A stretch of 64,000 nt of DNA. Source: a virus. The translations under genes were made by a program, and so were the position numbers. The stretch covers positions 14,045-78,044 of the IMG/VR virus record IMGVR_UViG_3300025115_000004; one strand, given 5' to 3'. This document shows, one piece after another, positions 26,980 to 36,375 of the stretch. Positions within the stretch are counted from its first letter, which is position 1; the number at the start of each line of letters is the position of its first letter. The notes beneath the pieces are model-generated. The model was not told where the DNA came from and did not search any database. It saw only the letters and a list, made by a program, of their open reading frames with translations.

Positions 26980-29900
26980 AATTAAAGGATATTTTCACCG
27001 AAGATCCCAAGAACCCGGGAGTAAAAGATTATTGGAAGGTTCCTCAGGAATCTGTCACTATTCCTATGGCTCCAGCTACCACAACTCCGGCTGCTACTCC
27101 ATCACCTAAGTTGAAGGATTTCCTCTCCGAGGATTTGAATGCTCCTAAGGTTCAACCTACTGATAGATTTGTATCTAATCATATAACAAGTCCTGTTGTG
27201 GATGAGATGTTTAGATTGGTGGATGCTGGGGTAGAACCTATGCAAGCTATCAAACAGCTACAGGATGCTCCGGATACTCGTGTGGCTTATATCGAACAGG
27301 TTGCTTCTGAGATGGTGGGGAGGGATATGATAAAGTTACTAACCTTACCTGATGATTATCGTAGTTTTCGGGGACCATCATGGAAGAAGGTTAAGGACAA
27401 TATAACTGAATCGGGGGGTATATACAGGGATGATGAGAAAGATTTATATAAGGAAGCTGTACGTAAGCACGCTAGGAATAGCCTTTCGGTAGGGTGGATA
27501 AATAGGGCTTTTGATACATCTTATCATAGGGTGGGGGAAGCTTTCGATCCTGAGGATAGTACATTTGATAAGATGACAGATAGTGCTTATGAATATGTGA
27601 CTCCGATGCTTTCGCCTGAGATGCAGAAGAGGTTCCAGATTCAGGATCAGATAGATGCAGAAAATGCAAAGTCTGTTGAGGACGGTAAGGATTATAATAA
27701 GATAAAGGCCTTGACTCAGCAGTTAAACTCTACAGGTAAGACGTATACCGATATGGACGGGAACGTCATAGAGACTGCCGATATGTCCAAGGTCTCCGCG
27801 GAGGATAAGGACTTCCTCAAGATGATTCAGGATAAAGAGTCTGAACTAGAGCCTATAAGGACTGATAGGGAGAGGTTACGGGATGTGTTTATGGAGCATT
27901 ATGCTTATACCCGAGCTCTAGAGGAGATATATCAGGTGGAGGTTGCCCCAAAATTAGGGGCTGCTACAACCTTTATGCATGCTGGTATGAGTCCGGCCGA
28001 GCTTCCTAGAGATCAGATAATGACCAAAGAGAATTGGGATTTGATGGATAAGTACAGGGAGGCTAGAGCTCATCTACAGGCTATTGGATCTATGTATATG
28101 GCTAATCGGTCTCCTTTGGATGTTAAGAGAGATTTTGGCTTCTTCTTAGGTGATGCTGTGGAAAGTGCTGGTAGAGGATTGTTTGGGGACCGTATTATGA
28201 ATTCCATATACGATTCTCTGGAGAAGGATGGTGATACTAGGTCGACAACAGAGTTAAGGGCCCTCTCTGCGGTGATAAGTTCTAACGAACTTCCTACTTC
28301 TGAGGAGATGTCTAAGCATCTTGAACCTACGTTCTTTGAGATGGCTAATCAGACAGTCTTTGGGGTTTTAGGTATTCTTCCAAAGTTATATATAGCTAAT
28401 GTGGCCGGAGCAGGCCTTGCAGGTCAAATAGGTCTTATGAGGTATATTGACCCGGTTAAAGGTTTGTGGACTACGGGTACCAGATTTCAGCAGGCTAATG
28501 CTGCAATCGCGCGTATAATGTTTGAGGAGGCAAAAATGAGGATGGTAGGTCTTCATGCTGGTTCGGGGGCTGGTTTTGGTCTTGCACACGAAGCTCAGAT
28601 GCGTATTAATATGCCCGGAGTTCCGGCTTATCTCAACACTTTCATGAATTTTATGAAGAAACCTTTTCTCATGACCTCGTCTATGTATGTAGCTAAAATG
28701 ACAGAGGCTACCTTTGAGTATATTATGTCTGATGAGGAGATGAGTACTATTCTTGATAGGTACTATGGAGGAGGTTTCAAGGAGTTAGGGGCAACATTCG
28801 CGGCCAATATGGTATTGGGTATAGGTAGTTATGGTACTCCTAAGAACAGATATCCGGAACTTCTTAAGATGGCTGAACAGTTGGAGAAGGACGGTAACAA
28901 GGCAGAGTCTATGCAGATAAGGTCTACTATCCAACTTATGCAGAAGATGGATAAGGCAGAGGAAGCTGTAAAATCAGAAGCTAAGTGGAGGGGGTGGAAC
29001 GAGAAAGAGACTCAGGCTAAGCTTGTTGAAACTCAGCGTAAGGTGACTAGTGAACATAGTGCTTCTACCACGGCCATGATGGAAAGACATAATATTTTGG
29101 AGAGGACTATTCCTGAAGCTGATTTAGCTAAAGCATTGAGTAAGACTAAGATGGTTGATACTGAAGGTAAACCTCAGGTATGGATATATGATACTGATGC
29201 AGTATTTAATCTATTCGATACGCGGGTGGCTCAGAAGAACAGTAAGACAAAGAAGAGTGCTCCCGGACGTGCGCAGGGTATGGTATGGTTTACTTTGGAG
29301 CCTGAGTTTAGGATGGGGGCTAATAGACATTACAGGTATCTTAACTTTGAGAAACCTAAGGATGTGGGTAATGTTAGATCTTTCAAATTTTCTGCGGACA
29401 ATATTGAGGCCCTTAAGAGACAGGGTTATGACGGTATAACCGGTTATGAATGGTACACTAACTCTAAGGGTGAGAGGGTTAAAGCTAAAGTAGCTGCATC
29501 TTTTGGTACTCAGGGGATAGTAAAGACGAGAGAAGGGTCTGCATCCGCGGGGGCTCCTGAGGTTCTGCGTGAGTGGGCCACGAAGATCAGGGAACATAAA
29601 GGATTTAACGATCCTAAACCGGGTGAAATTTATCTGAGATTGCCGTATCAGGAGAAGGTAATTAACGGGGCTATGGAGGCTGCTGCCAAGACTCTAGAGG
29701 CTACTGCTAGTATTGTGGAGGCGGTTAATAAGGCTATTGAGCATGTTAAGTCGACAGACTGGTATAAGTCTATGGCACCGGAGGTACAGGCTAAGTATGA
29801 TGCAGAGATGGCGGTTAGATTTAAGCAACTACTAGAGCAACAGAAACCAGCAGAGATTGCTAAGTCTGAGATGGCTAAGGCTGAGGCTATGGTTAAGCAA

Positions 29901-32900
29901 GCTGAGTCTGAGGTAATGCCTGCTTTTAAGAGTACAGGGGAGGAAGTCGCGTCTAAACATAGGGGGGAGTTTGTTACTGATATTAAGAAACCGGAGAGTA
30001 TCGTAGAGAAGAGATCGAGAACAGGTGCTTGGGATGTATTAGACATCGAAGATGTTGTACGCGGAGCTCTGATTCTTAGGGACATGAAGGATTTTAAGGA
30101 GGCTTCTAAAGATCTTAAGAAAATGGGTTATACTATTCATAATAAGAGGGTAGGGAATAGTGAAACCGGATTTAAGGGTGTATGGGCTACGAAACGTGAA
30201 GGTGAGTTAGGCACTGAGATACAGATCCATACAAAAGAGACTTGGGAGGCACATCAGAAGGCTAATGCCCTTACCAAGGAGTTTAGAGGTAAACAAAAAG
30301 GGGCTGATATCAAAGCCGAAGAGTCTACTGTCAAGATTCAAGAGAAGAAAGAAGTAGAGAAAGAATTCGAGGCGGCTACTCCTGAGAGTTTTATTAATAT
30401 GGATACCACCCCTTTAAAGGGTACCCAATATGCTGTTCTTACCGCGGAGAATCCGGGTAATCAACAGGCTTCGGCAAAAGAGAATGCCAAGAAGAACAAG
30501 GAGCTCATGGAGGAGTTGAAGAAAGCTGGTTATAAACCTATACCTGTGAAAGGTAACTACAATGGTAAATCAGAGAGTTCTTTCATTATACCCGGGATGA
30601 CTGAAGCTGAGGCGTTAGCTATAGGTAAGAAGTACGGACAGGAGAGTGTGATCACTACGAAGGGTATGATCTTTCAGGACGGCACTATGCATAAGGCTGA
30701 GCCTACCATTAATTTTGATCCTAATAAGGAGGCTGACTATAGCATTATCAATCTGGGGGGTAAAGAGGTAAAATTCTCTTTAGAGTTTGATTGGATTAAC
30801 AAGATACCTACAGAGTCATATTCTTCTAGGTATACGGCTGCTATGTCGGAATCTAGATCTCTGTACGATAAAGCTTATGAAGGGTTAGAGTTGATTAATC
30901 TGGAGGGTAGTCCGGCTAAGACAGCTCTAGAGCGTAAGATGAAGGAGTTAGAGCTTCCGGTATCTACTCAGAGGGAGATAAAGACTTCTTGGAATGAGAC
31001 CAAGAAGAAGCTTCTTACAGATCTGAGGGAAGATAATGCAGCTATAAAAGGTGCTTTTAACGAGTTCATTAAGACTCTTCCATTAACCGAGGTTCATGGG
31101 TTGAACATCAAGCTTAAACCGACTATGCTTCGTAGGGTTAATGCTATAGATCCTATGAAGCCTAAATCACTGGAACGCGCTATAGAGTATTTTGATAATA
31201 TAGTCAACAATGCTGCTGCCCGTCTTAATGAAATAGAGATACAGAAGTCATGGGATTATCTTGATAAGAAGACCAGTGATATGGCTATTAAGCAAGATAA
31301 TCTGATTAGAGGTAAGTTTAGTTCGGAGGGGGCACCTCTGATAGATGTTTTGACAGGTATAAGGAAGAGTATGATAGAGGGTAACTATTATGACGCACAA
31401 CAGAAGATTGGTGAGATACTTCTCTCAGCTGATAGAGAAGGGAGACCCTTATCTATAGGTGAGTATAATCAGATATCAGAGTTAAAGTTTCACGGTCTTC
31501 TTAACGAGACAGGAGGTCTAACCGCTACTGCAGAGTACTATAAGGCAGCTGTAGCTGATCTGAAGTCTATAAGGACTAAGGGACAACATATGATTGCTGC
31601 TAAGAGGATGGTTAAACAGGCTCAAATGAATGAACTGTTCTCAGAGGTTAAAAATATTCTGGATGGTAAACCCGGGAAGCCCGTTTCGTATGATCAGAGG
31701 GTAGCTTCTAATAGGACTCTCTCTGTAGGGGAGAAGATGAGTCGTATGACAGATATTACATATTTTGACAGTTGGTTTACTATATTAGATAAGTTATCTA
31801 AGTTTGACAAATCTAGTCAACCCTATCAATCTACTTTAAACAAGGTTTATGGAGGGGCCGTGGTTGAATCGAATATGGGTTATCACATTGATTCTAAAGC
31901 TTTCCATAATGAAACTATTACTACGGCTAAGAATATATTTAACACAAAGAGTACAACGGCACTTAATCGTAAGCTTAAGGAACACTCTATCAAACTATAT
32001 GATATATCTAAGGAGTTTCAGGAGGTTACAGGAAGTAAGGAGAATCTATCTATTACTATGAATCAGGCTTATAAAGTTTGGATGGATATGCAGGACCGTA
32101 CAAATATGAGAGCTTTGGAGAATAGTGGTTATTTCAAGAACGGGGAAATGACTTCATTAGGACATAAGATAGAATCTATATTAACTCCTGAAGTTAAACA
32201 ATGGGCTGAGTGGCAGTTAAATGTCTTCTATCCTAAGATGTATGAATACCTTAATCCTTCTTATAGGGAGTTTTACGGTATTGATATGCCGTTCAATGAG
32301 AAATACTCACCCAGATTTGTACAGAATCCTGCTACAAAAGGTATTCCGGAGCATGAGTTATTAGCTTCCCAGACTCTGATGACCTCGATTAAGAATAATC
32401 ATCTTCTTACTAGGACTAATCATGGTCATAAACTGAGCTTCATGGACGGGGATAAAGTTCTTACACAATATATTGATAAGATGTCTTACTGGAAGAACTG
32501 GACCCCTACTATACAGTTGTTAAATGAGTCTTTTATCAGGAATGGTGAGATTAGGATGGCTATTGAGCAGAATTTTGGTCCCAGATATTTAAAGAATATT
32601 GAAGGTTTTATGTATGATTACAGTAAGAAACCTAAACAGGATTATACTAAATTCTTAGCCCCTTTTGTAAATAATATGGCGGTAGCTACCTTATCTTTAA
32701 AGATACCTGTAATGTTAAAACAGTTAACGTCAGCCCCAGCGTATCTAGAAAATATGCCTGTGCTTGAGTATGGTAGGTATTTCTCCGAGATATTCTCTCA
32801 CCCTGTAGAGACTGTAAAGACTATGAAGAGATTATTAGATAGCGATTATATGCAGCAGAGGTATAAGACAGGGTGGGATCAGACTGTTACGGCTGTCATG

Positions 32901-34019
32901 GCGAGAGATTTAAATAGTCTCTCGGGGCAGAGTAATTGGCGTAATTGGCAGAATACTATGATGTTCACTGTTAAGTATGGTGATGCTGGTGCTATATTAC
33001 TTGGGGGTTTCCCTTTATATCGTTATGAGTATGAACAGGCTATGAAGAGGTTAGGACCCGGGAGTGAGCGAATGGCCGAGATGATCGCTATTAATAAGTT
33101 TGCAGACGCTACTAGGAATGCTCAACAGGCTGGGGAGGTTTATGACTTATCTAACTTTCAAAGAGATAACACCCTTACAAGGGCTTTGAGTATGTATCGG
33201 ACAGCTCCTATGCAGTACCACAGGAAAGTTATTGGTGCTTATAGGAATTCTCTTCATGGTAGGATGTCTTGGCAAGATGCAACTAAAACAATAGCTTTGT
33301 ACCATGTAGTCCTCCCTTCTTTATTCCAATTAGCTTCTAACGGGTTTAGGTGGGATAATGATGATCAGCTGTGGGCAGCTGTCTTAGGTAACTTTAATAA
33401 CGTCTTGGTATATGGTGATATAGTCGCAGGCGTAACAAATGCTATTAGAGGGCTTCCATGGAATTATCAGATGACTCCTATGCAAGAGATAGGACTTACT
33501 GCTCAGGATGCTACTAGATATTTTAAAAAGTTGAATAGTCCTAGCGGTATAGATAATTATCAGATGACTCCTATGCAAGAGATAGGACTTACTGCTCAGG
33601 ATGCTACTAGATATTTTAAAAAGTTGAATAGTCCTAGCGGTATAGATGATTTATCTAAAGATGTCTTTGAGGAGGCAAAAAACATAGATCAAGTTAATCT
33701 TACAAAGGGGTTAATTGAAGTAAGTAAGTTGTTTGGTTATCTTACTGGTACACCTGTTCCGGCTATAATGTCTACAGGAAAAGGAATAAACGATTGGTTA
33801 GACAATAATACAGAATATCCTCTTCTCCGTATAATGGGTTGGTCAGAGAGTGCTTTGAAGGGAGATCCCTCAAAATTTGATACTACGGAGGATCTTGAGG
33901 TGGTGAGGAATTTACTAGATCCATCTAAACCTTCGATGGATCAGCTACAAAAGATAGCTCCGGTTACTCCAGCTTTATCTCCTCAACAGAGTGTGAAACT
34001 GAAGGATATAATCAAATAA
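26976..34019 (+). CDS. Giant polyvalent cargo protein with ART-PolyVal-like, RelA/SpoT-like and DUF3293-like domains
   Basis: SK.VD.EGKP..GYDGI (~29140-29525); KKPESIVEK..DVVRG..EIQIHT (~29940-30290); AVLTAENP..EN...N..L..GKKYGQESV (~30420-30700). Confidence 0.8.
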   Translation: MKLKDIFTEDPKNPGVKDYWKVPQESVTIPMAPATTTPAATPSPKLKDFLSEDLNAPKVQPTDRFVSNHITSPVVDEMFRLVDAGVEPMQAIKQLQDAPDTRVAYIEQVASEMVGRDMIKLLTLPDDYRSFRGPSWKKVKDNITESGGIYRDDEKDLYKEAVRKHARNSLSVGWINRAFDTSYHRVGEAFDPEDSTFDKMTDSAYEYVTPMLSPEMQKRFQIQDQIDAENAKSVEDGKDYNKIKALTQQLNSTGKTYTDMDGNVIETADMSKVSAEDKDFLKMIQDKESELEPIRTDRERLRDVFMEHYAYTRALEEIYQVEVAPKLGAATTFMHAGMSPAELPRDQIMTKENWDLMDKYREARAHLQAIGSMYMANRSPLDVKRDFGFFLGDAVESAGRGLFGDRIMNSIYDSLEKDGDTRSTTELRALSAVISSNELPTSEEMSKHLEPTFFEMANQTVFGVLGILPKLYIANVAGAGLAGQIGLMRYIDPVKGLWTTGTRFQQANAAIARIMFEEAKMRMVGLHAGSGAGFGLAHEAQMRINMPGVPAYLNTFMNFMKKPFLMTSSMYVAKMTEATFEYIMSDEEMSTILDRYYGGGFKELGATFAANMVLGIGSYGTPKNRYPELLKMAEQLEKDGNKAESMQIRSTIQLMQKMDKAEEAVKSEAKWRGWNEKETQAKLVETQRKVTSEHSASTTAMMERHNILERTIPEADLAKALSKTKMVDTEGKPQVWIYDTDAVFNLFDTRVAQKNSKTKKSAPGRAQGMVWFTLEPEFRMGANRHYRYLNFEKPKDVGNVRSFKFSADNIEALKRQGYDGITGYEWYTNSKGERVKAKVAASFGTQGIVKTREGSASAGAPEVLREWATKIREHKGFNDPKPGEIYLRLPYQEKVINGAMEAAAKTLEATASIVEAVNKAIEHVKSTDWYKSMAPEVQAKYDAEMAVRFKQLLEQQKPAEIAKSEMAKAEAMVKQAESEVMPAFKSTGEEVASKHRGEFVTDIKKPESIVEKRSRTGAWDVLDIEDVVRGALILRDMKDFKEASKDLKKMGYTIHNKRVGNSETGFKGVWATKREGELGTEIQIHTKETWEAHQKANALTKEFRGKQKGADIKAEESTVKIQEKKEVEKEFEAATPESFINMDTTPLKGTQYAVLTAENPGNQQASAKENAKKNKELMEELKKAGYKPIPVKGNYNGKSESSFIIPGMTEAEALAIGKKYGQESVITTKGMIFQDGTMHKAEPTINFDPNKEADYSIINLGGKEVKFSLEFDWINKIPTESYSSRYTAAMSESRSLYDKAYEGLELINLEGSPAKTALERKMKELELPVSTQREIKTSWNETKKKLLTDLREDNAAIKGAFNEFIKTLPLTEVHGLNIKLKPTMLRRVNAIDPMKPKSLERAIEYFDNIVNNAAARLNEIEIQKSWDYLDKKTSDMAIKQDNLIRGKFSSEGAPLIDVLTGIRKSMIEGNYYDAQQKIGEILLSADREGRPLSIGEYNQISELKFHGLLNETGGLTATAEYYKAAVADLKSIRTKGQHMIAAKRMVKQAQMNELFSEVKNILDGKPGKPVSYDQRVASNRTLSVGEKMSRMTDITYFDSWFTILDKLSKFDKSSQPYQSTLNKVYGGAVVESNMGYHIDSKAFHNETITTAKNIFNTKSTTALNRKLKEHSIKLYDISKEFQEVTGSKENLSITMNQAYKVWMDMQDRTNMRALENSGYFKNGEMTSLGHKIESILTPEVKQWAEWQLNVFYPKMYEYLNPSYREFYGIDMPFNEKYSPRFVQNPATKGIPEHELLASQTLMTSIKNNHLLTRTNHGHKLSFMDGDKVLTQYIDKMSYWKNWTPTIQLLNESFIRNGEIRMAIEQNFGPRYLKNIEGFMYDYSKKPKQDYTKFLAPFVNNMAVATLSLKIPVMLKQLTSAPAYLENMPVLEYGRYFSEIFSHPVETVKTMKRLLDSDYMQQRYKTGWDQTVTAVMARDLNSLSGQSNWRNWQNTMMFTVKYGDAGAILLGGFPLYRYEYEQAMKRLGPGSERMAEMIAINKFADATRNAQQAGEVYDLSNFQRDNTLTRALSMYRTAPMQYHRKVIGAYRNSLHGRMSWQDATKTIALYHVVLPSLFQLASNGFRWDNDDQLWAAVLGNFNNVLVYGDIVAGVTNAIRGLPWNYQMTPMQEIGLTAQDATRYFKKLNSPSGIDNYQMTPMQEIGLTAQDATRYFKKLNSPSGIDDLSKDVFEEAKNIDQVNLTKGLIEVSKLFGYLTGTPVPAIMSTGKGINDWLDNNTEYPLLRIMGWSESALKGDPSKFDTTEDLEVVRNLLDPSKPSMDQLQKIAPVTPALSPQQSVKLKDIIK
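33462..33647 (+). repeat. Exact in-frame 93-bp tandem duplication
   Basis: 33462-33554 is identical to 33555-33647 (NYQMTPMQEIGLTAQDATRYFKKLNSPSGID twice). Confidence 0.95.
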
Positions 34020-34046
34020 TTGTTAACTTTGTAAAAATGAAATGAT

Positions 34047-34769
34047 ATGGCTAATTTTCAGATATCGCTAGTAGATCCTAACACAGGGCAACCTGATATT
34101 ACTGTTGCTAATGACATATTGGCGATACAGGATCATTCTAATTATGATGAATCTGTTCCGGAAGCCGGTCATGCGCGAGCTGATTTTAAAGACTTCTATA
34201 AGCTGATTATAGGTTTACCTAACGGGGACGAACACAGATTCTCTTCTCTTGGTGACGGTGATGAGATAATAGATACCCCGGATGCCGGAGATCCTCAGGT
34301 AGATTACTCATATCCTTCTGGTGATGGTATCTACTGGGTGTATGTATATTCGGTGCCTACCTATAACCCTGCGGCTTCGTATGACATCGCCACTAATCCT
34401 TATATTTACTATGGGGGTAAGCTATGGCGTGTTTTGATCAATTCTACCGGGGTTACACCTGTTGAAGGGGCTAACTATACTGAGGTAACTCTCAATCAGT
34501 TATCATCAAAGTACAGGATAGCTCAGAGATTGGTTATATACAATGACGGGAAGCGCACATGGGCTCGCAGGTTATATAATGCCAATGCTGTTAACAATCG
34601 GGTAGGAGATAACTGGGAGAAGCTGTTGGCAGATCCCGAGTTCAGAGATTCTGTAAGGCTCTTCATCTCTATCACTTCTATCCCTGTTTTGATGGCTGCG
34701 GATGACTGGGCCGGAGTAGATAAAAATATCAATCAATTGAAACAGATATCCTCTAAATACGAAGTCTAA
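34047..34769 (+). CDS. Virion protein with a small CBM5/12-like module
   Basis: YNPAASY...YYGGKLWRV...GVTP.EGANYTEV; TAACTTTG at 34024. Confidence 0.6.
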   Translation: MANFQISLVDPNTGQPDITVANDILAIQDHSNYDESVPEAGHARADFKDFYKLIIGLPNGDEHRFSSLGDGDEIIDTPDAGDPQVDYSYPSGDGIYWVYVYSVPTYNPAASYDIATNPYIYYGGKLWRVLINSTGVTPVEGANYTEVTLNQLSSKYRIAQRLVIYNDGKRTWARRLYNANAVNNRVGDNWEKLLADPEFRDSVRLFISITSIPVLMAADDWAGVDKNINQLKQISSKYEV

Positions 34770-34981
34770 TGTCAGTCGATTTAAGATTTGCTCAGGAGGT
34801 TACCAAGTATGCTGCAAGGCATACTTATGGGATACGCAGGCCGGAAACGGATCAGGAGGAGTTACTGAAGCTTTTAAATAAGCAGATGATGCTTGTAGTA
34901 CTGAGTGATCCGACATGTTTGGAGGAATTATCTGTAGATGAGGTCTCTACCTTAGAAGGTGTTTTAATACTCAAGTCATGA
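34769..34981 (+). CDS. Small hypothetical (structural) protein
   Basis: Translationally coupled to both neighbours. Confidence 0.6.
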   Translation: MSVDLRFAQEVTKYAARHTYGIRRPETDQEELLKLLNKQMMLVVLSDPTCLEELSVDEVSTLEGVLILKS

Positions 34982-36372
34982 ACGATATATTAGGTAGTGG
35001 TGGTATATATTTTGATCCGGCTCCTTCACTACCTCCTTCACAGAATTTAGATCTTGGGGAGGAGTTCAGGAGAGATTTTCTCTCCCAGAATTTCTGGAGC
35101 AGATACAATGGTTATATTTATCCTACCTTACCGGGGGATAAAGTTGTTATTGGGGGGACAACACCTGAAGCTGATGAGCATCTTACCATTTATGGTAAGC
35201 TTTACGCTTCGGGTGGTTATACTTTTGGTAATGGTGTATCGGTTACTAAGGATGGTTCGAATAACTTAGTATTTACTGATCCGGTTACAGGTACTAGGAC
35301 TCTGGCTCAGTTGGCGGGACTATCTGGAGGTAATGTAATGAATTCAGGAACACCTACTGTAGGTCAGTTAGCTAGGTGGGTTAATGCTACTACTATTGAG
35401 GGGTTCAGTATATCTTCTCTAACTTTGGCTCAATCTCAGATTACGAATCTTGTAGGTGATCTTGCAGGTAAAGCTAGTACCATCCATAATCTGGTGGACA
35501 CTACTAACCATCCGGTTTCTGGATTGACTACAGGTCATTTTTTGAAGGCTTTATCCGCGACTACTTATGGGTTTGCTGTGCACGGGTTAACCAAAACAGA
35601 TATAGGTCTATCTAACGTCACTAACGATGCTCAGATTAAAAAGATAACATCATCTACTGATAATCAAATAGTTAGGTGGGATGGAATAACAGGTGATCAG
35701 GTTCAGGGGTCTGTGGTTACTATCTCCGATGGGGGTACCGTTAATTTACCTTCAGGGCAGACGTATAACATAAACGGCTCTCCTCATAACCATGCGGGTG
35801 TATATCAGCCAGCTGATGGAACCCTTACTGCTTTGGCTGGGTTAGATGGTACAACCGGTTTTCTGTATCAGACAGGTGTTGACACATTTGTGAAATACGG
35901 TTTTGCGGGGACCGGGTCAGCTAATACAGTGGCTCGTAGTGATCACAATCATACAGGTACTTATCTCACAGCTAATCAAACTATAGTGTTGTCGGGGGAT
36001 ATTACCGGAACAGGTACCACTGCTATTACAACCACTTTAAGAACTTTAATTGAAGCAGATATACCTACACTATCTCAATCTAAGATAACTAATCTAACCA
36101 CAGATTTAGGTAATAAGCAACCATTAGATGCTGATCTTACCTCTATTGCTGGGCTAGGTTTTACTGCTTTAGCTTATCTTAAGAAGACAGCCGCTAATAC
36201 GTGGGCTTTAGATACTGAGGTTATTGTATCGGTAGGAGCTAAAGCTACCGGGGTGGATGCTGGTACTCTAGGGCAGATTTGTATTGACGATGATTATATT
36301 TATGTCTGCACCACAGGTGGTGGTGTTGGTGTAGCGGTGTGGAAGAGGGTAGCTATTACAACAGTTTGGTAG
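34978..36372 (+). CDS. Fibre protein 1
   Basis: Thr/Gly-rich; DIGLSNVTND, HNH, QPLDADLTSIAGL; C-terminal G..GQ...DDDYIYVC..WKRVA. Confidence 0.8.
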   Translation: MNDILGSGGIYFDPAPSLPPSQNLDLGEEFRRDFLSQNFWSRYNGYIYPTLPGDKVVIGGTTPEADEHLTIYGKLYASGGYTFGNGVSVTKDGSNNLVFTDPVTGTRTLAQLAGLSGGNVMNSGTPTVGQLARWVNATTIEGFSISSLTLAQSQITNLVGDLAGKASTIHNLVDTTNHPVSGLTTGHFLKALSATTYGFAVHGLTKTDIGLSNVTNDAQIKKITSSTDNQIVRWDGITGDQVQGSVVTISDGGTVNLPSGQTYNINGSPHNHAGVYQPADGTLTALAGLDGTTGFLYQTGVDTFVKYGFAGTGSANTVARSDHNHTGTYLTANQTIVLSGDITGTGTTAITTTLRTLIEADIPTLSQSKITNLTTDLGNKQPLDADLTSIAGLGFTALAYLKKTAANTWALDTEVIVSVGAKATGVDAGTLGQICIDDDYIYVCTTGGGVGVAVWKRVAITTVW

Positions 36373-36375
36373 TTC

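Noticed and set aside
26976-34019. Virion RNA polymerase
   Set aside because: No DxDxD motif found; the nearest matches (FMDGDK, TDMDGN) lack the third Asp
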